Of a stretch of 64,000 nucleotides of DNA, positions 53,401 through 64,000 are shown piece after piece. Position 1 is the stretch's first letter, and every line of letters begins with the position of its first letter. The position numbers and the translations under genes were made by a program. The notes beneath the pieces are model-generated. The model was not told the origin of the DNA and made no database searches. It saw only the letters and a program-made list of their open reading frames with translations. The DNA is from Nymphaea colorata (lineage: Eukaryota), in NCBI RefSeq assembly GCF_008831285.2, contig NC_045138.2, forward strand, positions 17,918,001 through 17,982,000, written 5' to 3'.

Positions 53401-56400
53401 GCTCAAATAAGCTCCAAAACCCTTTGAAAAAGGTTGAATAACAAGAGAGGCTACGGGTTGTATTGGGATGCAAAGGCTAATAAAAAGAACAAACTATCAA
53501 ATGGTTCAATAACACACCCTACTATCTATCCAGCAAACACCAGATAACAACACTAATTCCAAGAACTTAGCTTACCATGATGCGTTTTAAAACGTATAGA
53601 TCCTCCACATCAATATCAGAAGTACGGCTAGCTGATGAGTTGTTTTGTGCACGTCCATCTTCATCAAGGGACATGTTGGTATCCCCATGATAACATCCAT
53701 CAACAAATTTTCTCAATTTCAGACTTAAACCTCCTTCTGAGCAATTCGATTGATATGCTAACCAAACCTCACCAAAAGATCCACGATTAAATTTTCTCTT
53801 AAGAATGTACCTGAGGAAGCAATTACCCAAGAATTTAAAATAGTGCACAAAAAGAAAACGCAACAATACAGACCAAATTAACAGAAAGCAAAAAGACATT
53901 TAATAATACTGCTACATCGGCTTCCTAGAAGTGACTCTTTTGTATCACACGTTTTTAGTCAGCCACCCTCTATGTGTCGAACTTCCCTATAAAGGTTATC
54001 GCAATAAGCAGAATCCTAGTATAGTTTATTAAGTTTTCTAAGCAGCCCCAAACCAACAGAAGAACAATAACTTTATGTTCCTATGAACTAGAAAATAATA
54101 CACAATACTGATATATGTTTCTTGAAATTTGGGATACAGTAAATAATTAAATATGTATGCACATATTCATGTCCCACTGGTAAAAGTTCTTAAAGTAATA
54201 CATGCATTTCTGGGGCCAAATTCATAAAAAGCAAAAAAAAAAAAAAATCTCTAACACAGAACTAACTGGTAATAGAGGCCAAAAATATTTATTATCTTGA
54301 ATAGGTCATATTGTGCATGTGCTGGAACATCCTAGATAGGTGGTTAAAGCATTTAAAAAAAAAATTAAAAAAATCTAAACTAACCATGAATTTTTTTGCC
54401 CTTTATAACAATTATTTTACAATGTTTAACACCACATACATGACAATGCATTTTTTTTAATCCATTTGTCGTGAGATTAGATGCTTTTCTGTGGAGAGAT
54501 CAAGGATGCATTCATGCAGGTGTGCGTTGCTATGCAGCATGGGCCACAGACCTGTGCATGTCATCACGTCTAAACAATTATAAAAGAAAGATAATAACCT
54601 TATGTAGATATAGCACATAAGGATATTTTCTTCATTCCCTCTATTTGTTTCCCCCCTGCTGATCATGGTTACAATGAGTGCATATCGGCCCTCAACCCCC
54701 TCAGGTCTAACTTAAAATGTATGCATCACCATTGGTCAGTGTAGTGACCAAACATCAATTCCTGGAAGCTTTTTTCAGAATGAACTCCACGAATAATGCC
54801 CGTGTGCTATATGTAATATATCAGCCAGCAAACAGGACAGATTCAAATGGACAGAGAATAAAGCAAACAAAAGCTACCTATGCACAACATTCAGCAATGA
54901 GTAAAATTACAAATCACACGGGCAAATGCATATGTGTGACATTCAATTACATTAGTTAAATAGCAATCTCTTCTAAAGCCAAACACTCTGACATGCCTTC
55001 GGCCTGAAAGCAATAAATGATATTTGTGCTTGTTCAAGACTTCAAGTGCTGATTTCTGTAATTTTGCATGCTAAAAAATACATAACCTGGTAAACAAGGC
55101 CTAATTACATAAATATGGCACCTATACAAACAATACGGTGACCTCAGAATGCACATCAGGTAGTGCAACATATATGAAGCTCACATAGCATTTTGCACAA
55201 ATCTTCATAACCATATGATACTACCAACCATGTAACAGTTGTTTGCTTCTAGATCCAAAAACCAAGTAAATTTTTCCATGAGAAAAGCATGATTTCTTAA
55301 CACCACAGCTATAACAGTAAGAAAACAAGTCTGAGAAAAAAACCTGGAAGCTGAGAAGTCATATCCTGACGAGTCAGAATTATTGGAGAGACCGTCATGA
55401 AATGGAACTGAACCAATTAAACTCAGGAACCTCAAAAAACCTTCAGGATTTGCACAGCTGCCCTTGTCTTCCTCAGCATCCAGTTGAAAGCTCATGCATA
55501 ATTTCGAATTGCTATATAAATATAAAGGTGAAGCCCCTAAGGGTGTTTAAGACTGTGTCAGTGATCTCTGAGAAGGAAAGAAGAATCTAAAAATATTTTT
55601 ACATACAACATTACAATGTACATATCATGTAAACTTATAGAAGGAGAAACAACAGCAATCAAAAACAAAATGCCCATTACTCCGAACCTGGCAACATTAT
55701 CTTCTCCAAAAAGTACCTTCATAATTCATATTAAGCAACAAAAATTTCCAAATATACAAATGCATTTCTGAAAACTATACAAACAATATGGAAAAAATGA
55801 AGATAAAAAATGGACATAATCCAATTTTCTCATAATCAGGTAATGGTCAGCACTCAGATGCCCTCATCTACAAAGCTAACAAACTACCAAACTGTGTCCA
55901 TCAAGTAAATAACTGCAACCCACCAAGTAAATAAGTTGCTATATTGCATATGGTTTAATATCTGTTAACAAAATCTAGTATTTAAGCATGCAAAAGAATA
56001 GCATAAAAACGCAAAAAACATGTGTATGTGCATGCATTCATGTGTGTAAATGTGACTGTGTTGTGTGCGTGAAAAATAAGGTTATATGTACATATATAGA
56101 GGAGATTCAAGTAACTGGATTACAATTTAACCTATATATGATATGGCAGCCTATATGCTGCTTGCATCGCGTAGCTATGCAGCATGCCTGATGCTCCACA
56201 CCTCCGCCAGCATGTTGGTTCTTTGTGCTGGCAACAAGATGCAACTTCAAGGACAACAATGAAAACGCATTCTAGGCCTACCACCTACATTTCAAGCCTC
56301 GTGCGGTCCAAATTTTTTTTGGTAATTTTCTTGCTGTCGATTTACATGCTGTCAGTTCAATGGATTCTGCCACCTACTATAAGATAGGTAGCTTATAAAT

Positions 56401-59400
56401 TTTTGCACCACGAGCTTCCTATGTCAAGGAGTAAACTTCTTGTTCACAATAAATTCAGCATCTTTGCACAAAAAAATTATTATCGAAAAGTCAATTTGTT
56501 GTCACTTATCACCAACCTCCCTAATGAAGAAAGAATATTGCAAAAGCACAAATCAAGAGAGACACATGTCCAAACAAGTACAACCACAGCAGGAGCAAAA
56601 TCATTTTGCAATATAAGCCTCACTAATTTGCTAGCTGGTATTTACCAACTGTCACCCCACTTCTTCCTTTTCAAATATCAAAAAGGAACAACTTAAACAT
56701 GTACAAACTACAATGGTATCTTTGTGTTGGCCAATACATATTTGTGTCGCATGTCTTCTGGAGCATTAAAAATCCGGAGTCATGCATTGAAATCCTTATG
56801 TTTTTGTATCAAGCCTATGCTAGTGCTTGTACATATTTTAAAACTCCAAACAATCATATTACTCAGGAAGCAAACTTTTAATCACTCATCGGTCCTCATA
56901 TTGGAAAGGATGTGAAATTCACATGCCAAAAATCTATATTTTCAGTAATGACATGAAAAGTTATTTCTACGCCAAAAACTTATTCATAAAGCCTGGAGCA
57001 GATATAGTTGCAGATTGAAAAGCATAGATCTACTTACCATGATATAGACCTAGTGCTTTGGGCATGGCCTGTTGTATATGAAATGTCTTTTCCTTGCAAT
57101 CCGCTGATTGGAAAACGTAATGCCGAGTCTCTTTCAGATTCTCATATAAATGAAAACAAGAAACATTGTGATCATTTCCTCTGGCCTACATCAATAGCAC
57201 TTCATGTTATCAGTTTGATAAAAGCAGTGTTCCCCAACGCAATTGGAGAAATAAAAGCACCAAGACATAAGAAATATCACACCACACCACCCATGCATTT
57301 ACAAGGATAATACCAGCAAATGTTTTAATATCACAGCAGAATTTCCCCATATACACTGTCACTCAGAGAGCTAAATTGTGATGATGCCTATATTCAAAAC
57401 TTAAAATTTCAAACTACCAACTAAATTCACATAATGACTCATTTATCAACTTTCAAACTGCCAACAGAGTCCACATAACGACTCATTATCAACTTAGCAG
57501 AAAGTTATAGCCACACATTCCTCCTTGCTTTCTTCTTCTTTGTCTTTACTCTTTGTAAACTAGTACAATGAGAAAAAATTTTCTCTGTCCCATCCCAATC
57601 ACACTGGCCAAGTGTCAAGCATTGTCATGCACTCTAAGATTAATATTCAAGAGCTTGAACACGTCAAACTAAAGCATATTTGAAAGAAATAGAACAAATA
57701 CCAATGAAAGGGCATCCATCAGACCATTTCAATACAGCGAAGAAATATTAATTTTCAAATGAAGCAATTAACAAGTTTCAACTTACCAATATCCTGTTTA
57801 TATTTGCAAGAATCCAACTGAGGTAGTCCATTGATATAAGGTTGAAACTGATAGTGCTACCATCTGGCCAGCACATTTATATAAAAGGAAAAAAATATTA
57901 GTGTGTAAAAAGAGTAAACATATGCAGATTTATGCATAGGAATTCATCAGATTTACATATACAAATCATGCTTTTATTCGTATATATATTTCAAAATTCA
58001 AACATGCTACCATGTTCACACTGTTGTGGATCCAAAAAAGAGAAAGCCTACATTCCCCTGAAAACAATTCTGGAGTCCAAAAGTGCCATACGTATCCACT
58101 ATAGTTTGTGTTTTGGATCCAGACCTACATCAGCCTATAAGCATGGATGTGGCTGTGGGTATAGAAATAAGCAATTCTTACGGAATTTCTACATTAAAGC
58201 ACAAGTTGCAGGAGGTAAATTGGAGAATATGTGTGAGATAGGCATCAGCAGCATTCTCTATAAACAATGGGGACAATATATGCTGGACCCATGAGAGATC
58301 TGCAAATTAGTTTGCACATACTAGATCAAAATCAGTATATACTATGTAGTTGGCAAATCCATTCAGCAGACTCAGATCGGCAGACTATGTAAAGACAGAT
58401 GTGCTAGGATCTAACTGGATCCAATCCAAATCCGGATTGGAAGATTATGTTAAGTTCTAACATGGTATCAGAGCCAGGTTTGGGGGCTGCATATGGCCAA
58501 GAAGATCAATCTCTGTGAAGTCTAGAAGTTTCATCACGTGTTTCAGATTTTTTTGTCATTTTCTCCTCTCATCTATTCAGATTTCTCTAAAATCCTTTTT
58601 TTGTGCATTTACGCATTTTTTTCAACATTGTCATCACTTTGTCCTCCAAGTCTTCAGCGACTATTCCAATAAAGCTCTACAGCCATCAGTCCTGCACTTA
58701 TTTTATTTTTATCTAGCATTCCTTACTGTTGTTGCTATTCTGTTCTGCAGGCCTGAGCTTTCTATATTGCTATCCCTCTGTTTAGTTTTTTTTGTGTGTT
58801 TAGCCCTATTATTCTTATATTTTTCTATAACTGCTTTAGTTTAGCAGCTATCTTTCTGACCTGTCTTAGCTGTTCCTTCGTGGGTAAGTTAATCATTGCT
58901 GAAATTGCTCCATTGCTTTTCTTTTCTTATTCTTCTTATTTTGATTCCTTTGGCTAGGTGTGCCACTGTTTTGTTTTCCGTCGATATCAACATTAATCCG
59001 TCCTTTTAGAAGCAAATTTCAAAAGGTTTTAATTTTTTTGCCCTTTGAAACCCCAATTTGTTGATTAAAAGGAGCTTTTTTCATTTAATCTGGCTTCTCT
59101 CTTTCTAAATCTATCTACTCTCTCCTACATACTTGTTGTATAAGTATCTGTTTCAAAGAAAAAGGAAAGCAAAAAAAAAAAAGAAAAAGAAGAAGAAGTG
59201 AAGGTCGATTAATTTCTTTGAAATTCTAATATTAGACATCATTTGAAAAAATCAGATTTCGAGTTGAGAGCTTTCAAAATCGCAATTCAGAATGTCTTGT
59301 TATTTTAGGGTAATTACAGTTCAGATGTGTCTGAAATCAAATTCCTCATTCTTTGGTTTGTCATTCTTTGGTTTTTCATTTGTCATTCTCCTTTCTATTA

Positions 59401-62400
59401 CTGTGAATTATTCTAATCCTCATATTGCATCCAGGATTATTTGCAATCTTAAGTTCATAGTCTGATATTGCAGAATTATTCTTAAAACTTAAAAGGTGTT
59501 GTCTCGTAGAAAAAAAAAAGCAAAAGACAAAGTAAGGATCAACACCTCCTACAACGCTGCTGCATGTTTTAAAATCTGGGATTTTCTTCTCTTGTTCTTT
59601 TTCTTGCATCTAAAATTTTTACTCCTTTATGTTCCTATTGAAAAGGAATGAATTTCTCTTCCTCTCATTCGGTTTTAGATTTTATCTTTTAATTTCTTGA
59701 GTTAACTTGTGCCAGAATAATTCCATCACTCAAACTTCTTGATTTGGAAAGCACAAATTATTCCTTTCATAAAGAGCTACGACTTCTTTGGGTATATGAA
59801 TGGGCAAGTCCCATCGCAGCCTCAGTTCCTGACACTAGAAGAAATAACAACAAAGGGATTGCTTCAGCTAGGATTTTGTACAATCCTGAGTTTACTACAT
59901 GGATGAAACAGGATTAGGATTTGGTTGCATATATTACATTAACCCTGTCTCGAGAAGTGTTGATTGATCTCTAATGATTGTTCTGTTGTAGAGCTTCAGA
60001 ATGTATCGTTGCAAATTTATTCAAAGATATTGGAGGCAAGAATTGTATCTCTCATGCCAGAATTCAATCACGGAAAAAAGGAACCATGGCCATCATGGAA
60101 TATCTAAATAAGATGAAGGAAATCGCGAACCCACTTGCTCTCGGTGGATGTCAAATTTCAAAGAGAGATAAAGTTCAGCAGGTTTTAGGTGGACTTTGTT
60201 TGGAGCATCACATTTGATCACATCCTTGACAGTTTTGCCAATTCTTCCTTCTTTTGAAGATTCGTGTGCCAGATGACTTTAGTGTGAGATGAGTTTGAAG
60301 GGATTTCCTAAAGATGATAATGGCCAGCGGGATAGACATAATGTTCTGGCTACAAAAATGATTTCTAGACAATAACAAATCATAAAAAACTTCCCTGGAG
60401 GCAGAGGTAGAGGCCAATATGGACAAGGACGTAAAGGATTCTTCCTACCCCTAACATGCCACTCAATTCTAATGGAGAAAATTGAAGGAATGATCCTACG
60501 TGTTTTTTGTATAATATAAGAGGGCATATTAAAGTTGACTGTTGTTTCAAACTCTAAAATAAAAGAAAAAACCACAATGCTTGGCTTAAAAATGATTCTG
60601 GAGCTGGAGAGTCAAAAGGGGATGTACAATTGGTGATGTTTTCATAAATGGACATAAAGCAAAATGACCAAGGAGTATGGCATGTGGATTCCAGTGCAAC
60701 AACTCATATCACAGGTGATGCCGGTAATATCTCCAACTTATCGCTTCATTCTGGAAAGGGTAGCACAATCACAACACATGGAATACATTACTCAAATCTC
60801 AGATGAGTAGAAATGTTATTATACCTTTACCACATTCTTCTATTAATCTACCTCAGTCATCATGTACTTCTTGCTCCAAATATTAAAGAACATAACCTTT
60901 GTCTTTAAAGTTTTCACATAATTTTGCAATAGAAAAACAGTCTGATTGCAAAGATACAGATATTGATGTTTTAAGAACCAAAAAGTCAACCAGAAAGTGT
61001 ACCTCAACATGCAAACGGGAATACACAAAGAAAAAGCACATTAACTGGAAACAAAGGGAAATGCTCAGGAATGCACTACCTGATCCATAAGGTTGTTTTT
61101 GAGTATTGCTTAAGGTGAAAGATGCATCTCCTTCCAGATCAATGTCTTCACTGACCAAGGTACTAGGAGTGCCATCAGATTGAAGTGGAACTACAACAGC
61201 AGCCATGTTATCCATGCTGCCCATCTCAAAGGCCCTATTTACAATAGGATCAGCCAAAGACTGAGCATTGCCATTGGGTATTTCCTTTATTCCCTTCTGT
61301 GATGCCCATATGATATCACAAATATCTTGGGCAGACAATTTCTCAAAAACACCATCAGTTGCAGCCACAATATAAGTATCATTATCAGATAAAGTTTGCC
61401 ATTCTGTGACCTCAGGTACAGGTATAACGCCATAGCTGACAGTAAATTTATTAAGAAAGAAAACATGATCAGTGCAAAAAAATTAGGAACACATTGTTTA
61501 TTTGGAAAAAGAAAAAAAAAATCACATAAATATAGTGACAAATAAACTGAGAAACGCCCATGTGATAACCATGTAACACGTTTAGCTTCCTTGGGTAGAT
61601 CATTGGTCCACTACCTTTTAGAAGTACAACTCATACGACACAGTAAAAGGGGGGTAAAACAAACCAATCTCCACAATTACCTTGGTCTATGTTTTCATTT
61701 TAACAATAATTTCCTCAAAACAAAGGCCAATCTTCCATCAGTTATCGGTTCATACCCTTTAGAGCCATATGACACCAGTTAAACAAATCAATAATGCATT
61801 TAGAAAACTAAACCAACTTCCAGAATTCCTTTGCAATGTGGTTCTTCTTTCAACCAGAATTTCATGAAGAGTAAGTATCCATACCTTTTAAATGAAACAT
61901 CACCAATAGCTCTCGAAACAGCTAGCTCTCCATTGACTCGAGGAACCCCTCCCCACTCCACAACATAACCTCCAGCAGCTTCTACACGAGATCTTTCATC
62001 ATTCCTATCAGGATGATGGTCCTCAGTTAGCTCTTTAACACAAAAGCATGTTGAGTCACCATCATGTGAGAGCTTATAGTTCCTTCTTCTTCGCATAGCA
62101 CCACTATCACTATGCAATGCTTGACCTAGATACCTCCAATGGCCTGTTATATATTCAAGATTTATCTAAGCCATCATGTCATTATTTATGGTTCTCTTAA
62201 AGAAGTATAATCTGAAAAAGCACTAACGTGACTGCATCAGAATAATAGCAGCCAACTCTAAACTGTAATTTATGCCAAGAAAAATAAACAACAGTGGAAG
62301 TGATAAACAAAAGGAAGGAAGTGTACGACCATTTGTCTTCTTACAGGAACTTAAACACTCTGAACAGAGAAGGGCCTTTGAGTCTCCTATATTGGCAACT

Positions 62401-63055
62401 AAAACTTGATCGTCAGCTTTAATAATGATAGTTGCTGTGGATCCAGCTTCCAACTTGTTGTCATAGGCTTCCTGAATTTGGGTACCATGTGAGATCATTA
62501 CAGTTAGTATAAGGTTGTTTGTTTTCCACCCAGAAAAAGACAGCAATAATTTCTGATTGCCTTGGAAAATGCTGCATCAATATCATGGACTGTATGAAGC
62601 AATGATTTCTTCAAAATCTCCAAGTGGAATGATTTGTCGAACACCCTAGACAGAATCTGTTCAGGTCTGCAATGTAAACACTGAATATCTCTTAGTTACT
62701 ACCGACAAAAGCAGCAGAAACAACTGATGGGGAAAAACTCAAAGTTTAGTCCCTCAAACTACAAAATCTAAATATGTAACAGAAGAGGTTACGAGCCTTT
62801 CAAAATAAAAGGCATGCTCATTTGAATTCCATGACCAATCAAATCCTGGAACAGTTAACTCCATTTTTCCATCCAGTGACAACCTTCCAGAAGCTTTCCT
62901 TAATGCAGAAGTGTATATTCCTTCGAGAATAAAATACAAATGGAGAAAAAAATATTCAGGAAGAAGTTTTGAAGCCATCTCACTAGCTTCATCACCATTG
63001 TGACCATCGAAAACTGCTACTAGTCCCACATTGATCTCTTTAGGCCCTTTTCTGC
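38455..63055 (-). CDS. PP2C phosphatase / Ser-Thr protein kinase fusion protein (plant 'PP2C 51'-like); 5'-partial, first exon(s) lie beyond the window
   Basis: Exons 63055-~62797, 62666-62561, 62471-62330, 62143-61885, 61435-61080, 57863-57787, 57185-57038, 55536-55344, 53810-53576, 51059-50559, 49311-49254, 46899-46812, 46483-46409, 45272-45189, 45071-44928, 44694-44613, 44452-44370, 44236-44182, 38520-38455 join in frame. PP2C motifs: VFDGHNG, GSTA, ANIGDS, LTEDHHP, LAVSRAIGD, ATDGVFE, GSMDN. Kinase motifs: RGSFGEVW, VLKRI, HRDIKPEN, IIDFGS, YTSPE, YDMWGVGV, DRLSVDNALQHPYF. Confidence 0.9.
38930..40680 (+). mobile_element. Degenerate Ty1/copia retrotransposon fragment (protease-integrase-RT-RNaseH relics) in the last intron of the PP2C-kinase gene
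   Basis: Frameshifted motifs in copia order: VDSGAATH (~38949), SDVWG (~39556), PQQNGVV..KH.HIVE (~39773), FKMKVHEELKYFLGVEV (~40083), CDN.SA (~40432), TKYIEIDQHFIR (~40489). Confidence 0.85.
41071..41525 (+). mobile_element. Complete TRIM (terminal-repeat retrotransposon in miniature), 455 bp
   Basis: Two 190-bp LTRs (41071-41260, 41336-41525; TGTAACA...TGTTACA; 6 mismatches). 75-bp internal region with tRNA-Met PBS TGGTATCAGAGC (41262) and PPT AAGGGGGTGAAT before the 3' LTR. 5-bp TSD TGGAA/GGGAA with one mismatch. Confidence 0.95.
41527..41845. repeat. Long inverted repeat (about 150-bp arms, 7-nt loop), with a third arm copy at ~40945-41053
   Basis: ...GATTTAACTCGGTCTATGTTATATAATCAAATTTGAGGTTG gccttaa CAACCTCAAATTTGATTATATAACATAGACCGAGTTAAATC...; complementarity continues outward with mismatches. 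Confidence 0.9.
42040..42700 (+). mobile_element. Degenerate hAT-superfamily (DUF659-type) transposase fragment
   Basis: Broken motifs LYWT.CVAHCMDWILE.DIG (~42100-42160), TSEEW (~42308), GYIYEA (~42483) and LHAVGLYLN (~42654). The element may extend to ~44115. Confidence 0.7.
46533..46592. repeat. Short intronic tandem duplication (similar duplications at ~37236-37290, ~52807-52861, ~57407-57495)
   Basis: TTTTGCACGCTTAGAAAATGATCAGCATA occurs twice in succession. Confidence 0.85.
58448..60850 (+). mobile_element. 5' fragment of a Ty1/copia retrotransposon (PBS, gag and protease relics) in a PP2C-kinase intron
   Basis: ...TAACA followed by PBS TGGTATCAGAGCC (58463); gag relic NFLIWKAQIIPFIKSYDFFGYMNG (~59733); EYLNKMKEIANPL (~60098); protease relic WHVDSSATTHITGD (~60678). 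Contains stops and frameshifts; no pol or 3' LTR seen. Confidence 0.85.
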
Positions 63056-64000
63056 CTGCAGGTAAGACCAAAATTGAAATGCGAGAATGAAAAAAGTGAA
63101 AGAAGCAGACAGGAAAGATGAGTATTATTATAAAATAAACATGATATAGCACATCTTTTGTTGCACTAAGTGAAGCAAAAACATCGCATGAACTAACGGT
63201 CTAAGGGCTTGCATATGGGAAAAGATAACTTAAATACTCTCCAACACAAATTTGGAAAATGTGATTCAGGTGAGTGACCTATAAGACAATTTTGATAGGC
63301 AAAATTTTCATCATATCAAAGTGGTACAGTTTGCGAATTGTGAATAAATTAAACACTTAATAAGATGGCTTCATCACGCACAATCCATGAAATATTGAAA
63401 TCAGAACCAAATAGCAGCTTAATGCAGATTAATAACCAAATGGCATTTTCAAAAATTCCATTTTGCAAAGCCCACAGACTTGGCATATGAACCCTGCCAG
63501 ATCCCACTAATATGTATGTGGCATCCTTAAGATAATGTTCACATGAACCAGAGGTTGCTACTATATTACATCAACAGAAGAACGAATCTTGCTTTTGTCA
63601 ACGTCAAAGTGCAAACAAAATCTTGCAATATTTGCCTTTAGATAAGCTGCATATCATAGTGAGTGAATGACACCACATACTTATCTAAGGATGTTTCATT
63701 CTCTCTTTTTGTTTTATCATACATTCACAATCTCCGTTTATATAATTAACTATGATATTCTAGGGGATATACAATTACCATGCATTCCACATGAAGTCAT
63801 AGTAATAAGAGCGCTAGAATGATGAAAGAGCATCACTGTCATATCGTTATTTTTACAAATAGCTACTTTCAAGCTTCAATTCATTGTAAATTTTACACTT
63901 TTTTCATTGTTCATGTGTTTAGAGTATAGTCTTTTTAGTCCTTCTTCGCCATCTGAAGAAGAGGACTGTTTAGTGACTTTAGTCCATAAGAAATCAGTTG

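Noticed and set aside
38930..60850. The two copia fragments as halves of one split element
   Set aside because: They lie in reversed order, both contain the protease motif with different sequences, and many host exons separate them; independent insertions are simpler.

Overview
Eukaryotic (flowering-plant) nuclear DNA, AT-rich and intron-rich, with many microsatellites and transposon relics. Six spliced protein-coding genes can be reconstructed by hand, all on the minus strand: a p24/emp24 (GOLD-domain) cargo receptor, an early light-induced protein (ELIP), an INDETERMINATE-DOMAIN zinc-finger factor, dymeclin (18 exons), a class A heat-shock factor (A6b/A2/A7-like), and a >25 kb PP2C-phosphatase/Ser-Thr-kinase fusion gene whose 5' end lies beyond the window. 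Introns of the fusion gene contain two degenerate copia fragments, a hAT transposase relic, a complete 455-bp TRIM and a long fold-back palindrome. I see no clearly new biological system. The best leads are (i) the layered regulation of the Hsf gene: proximal and distal HSE clusters, an intronic poison-exon element and a candidate GC-AG 3'UTR intron; (ii) the apparently doubly intact phosphatase-kinase fusion with GC-AG introns; (iii) a Cassandra-like TRIM without 5S sequence sitting inside an inverted-repeat structure. All exon coordinates come from manual splice-site reading and are not validated against transcripts.
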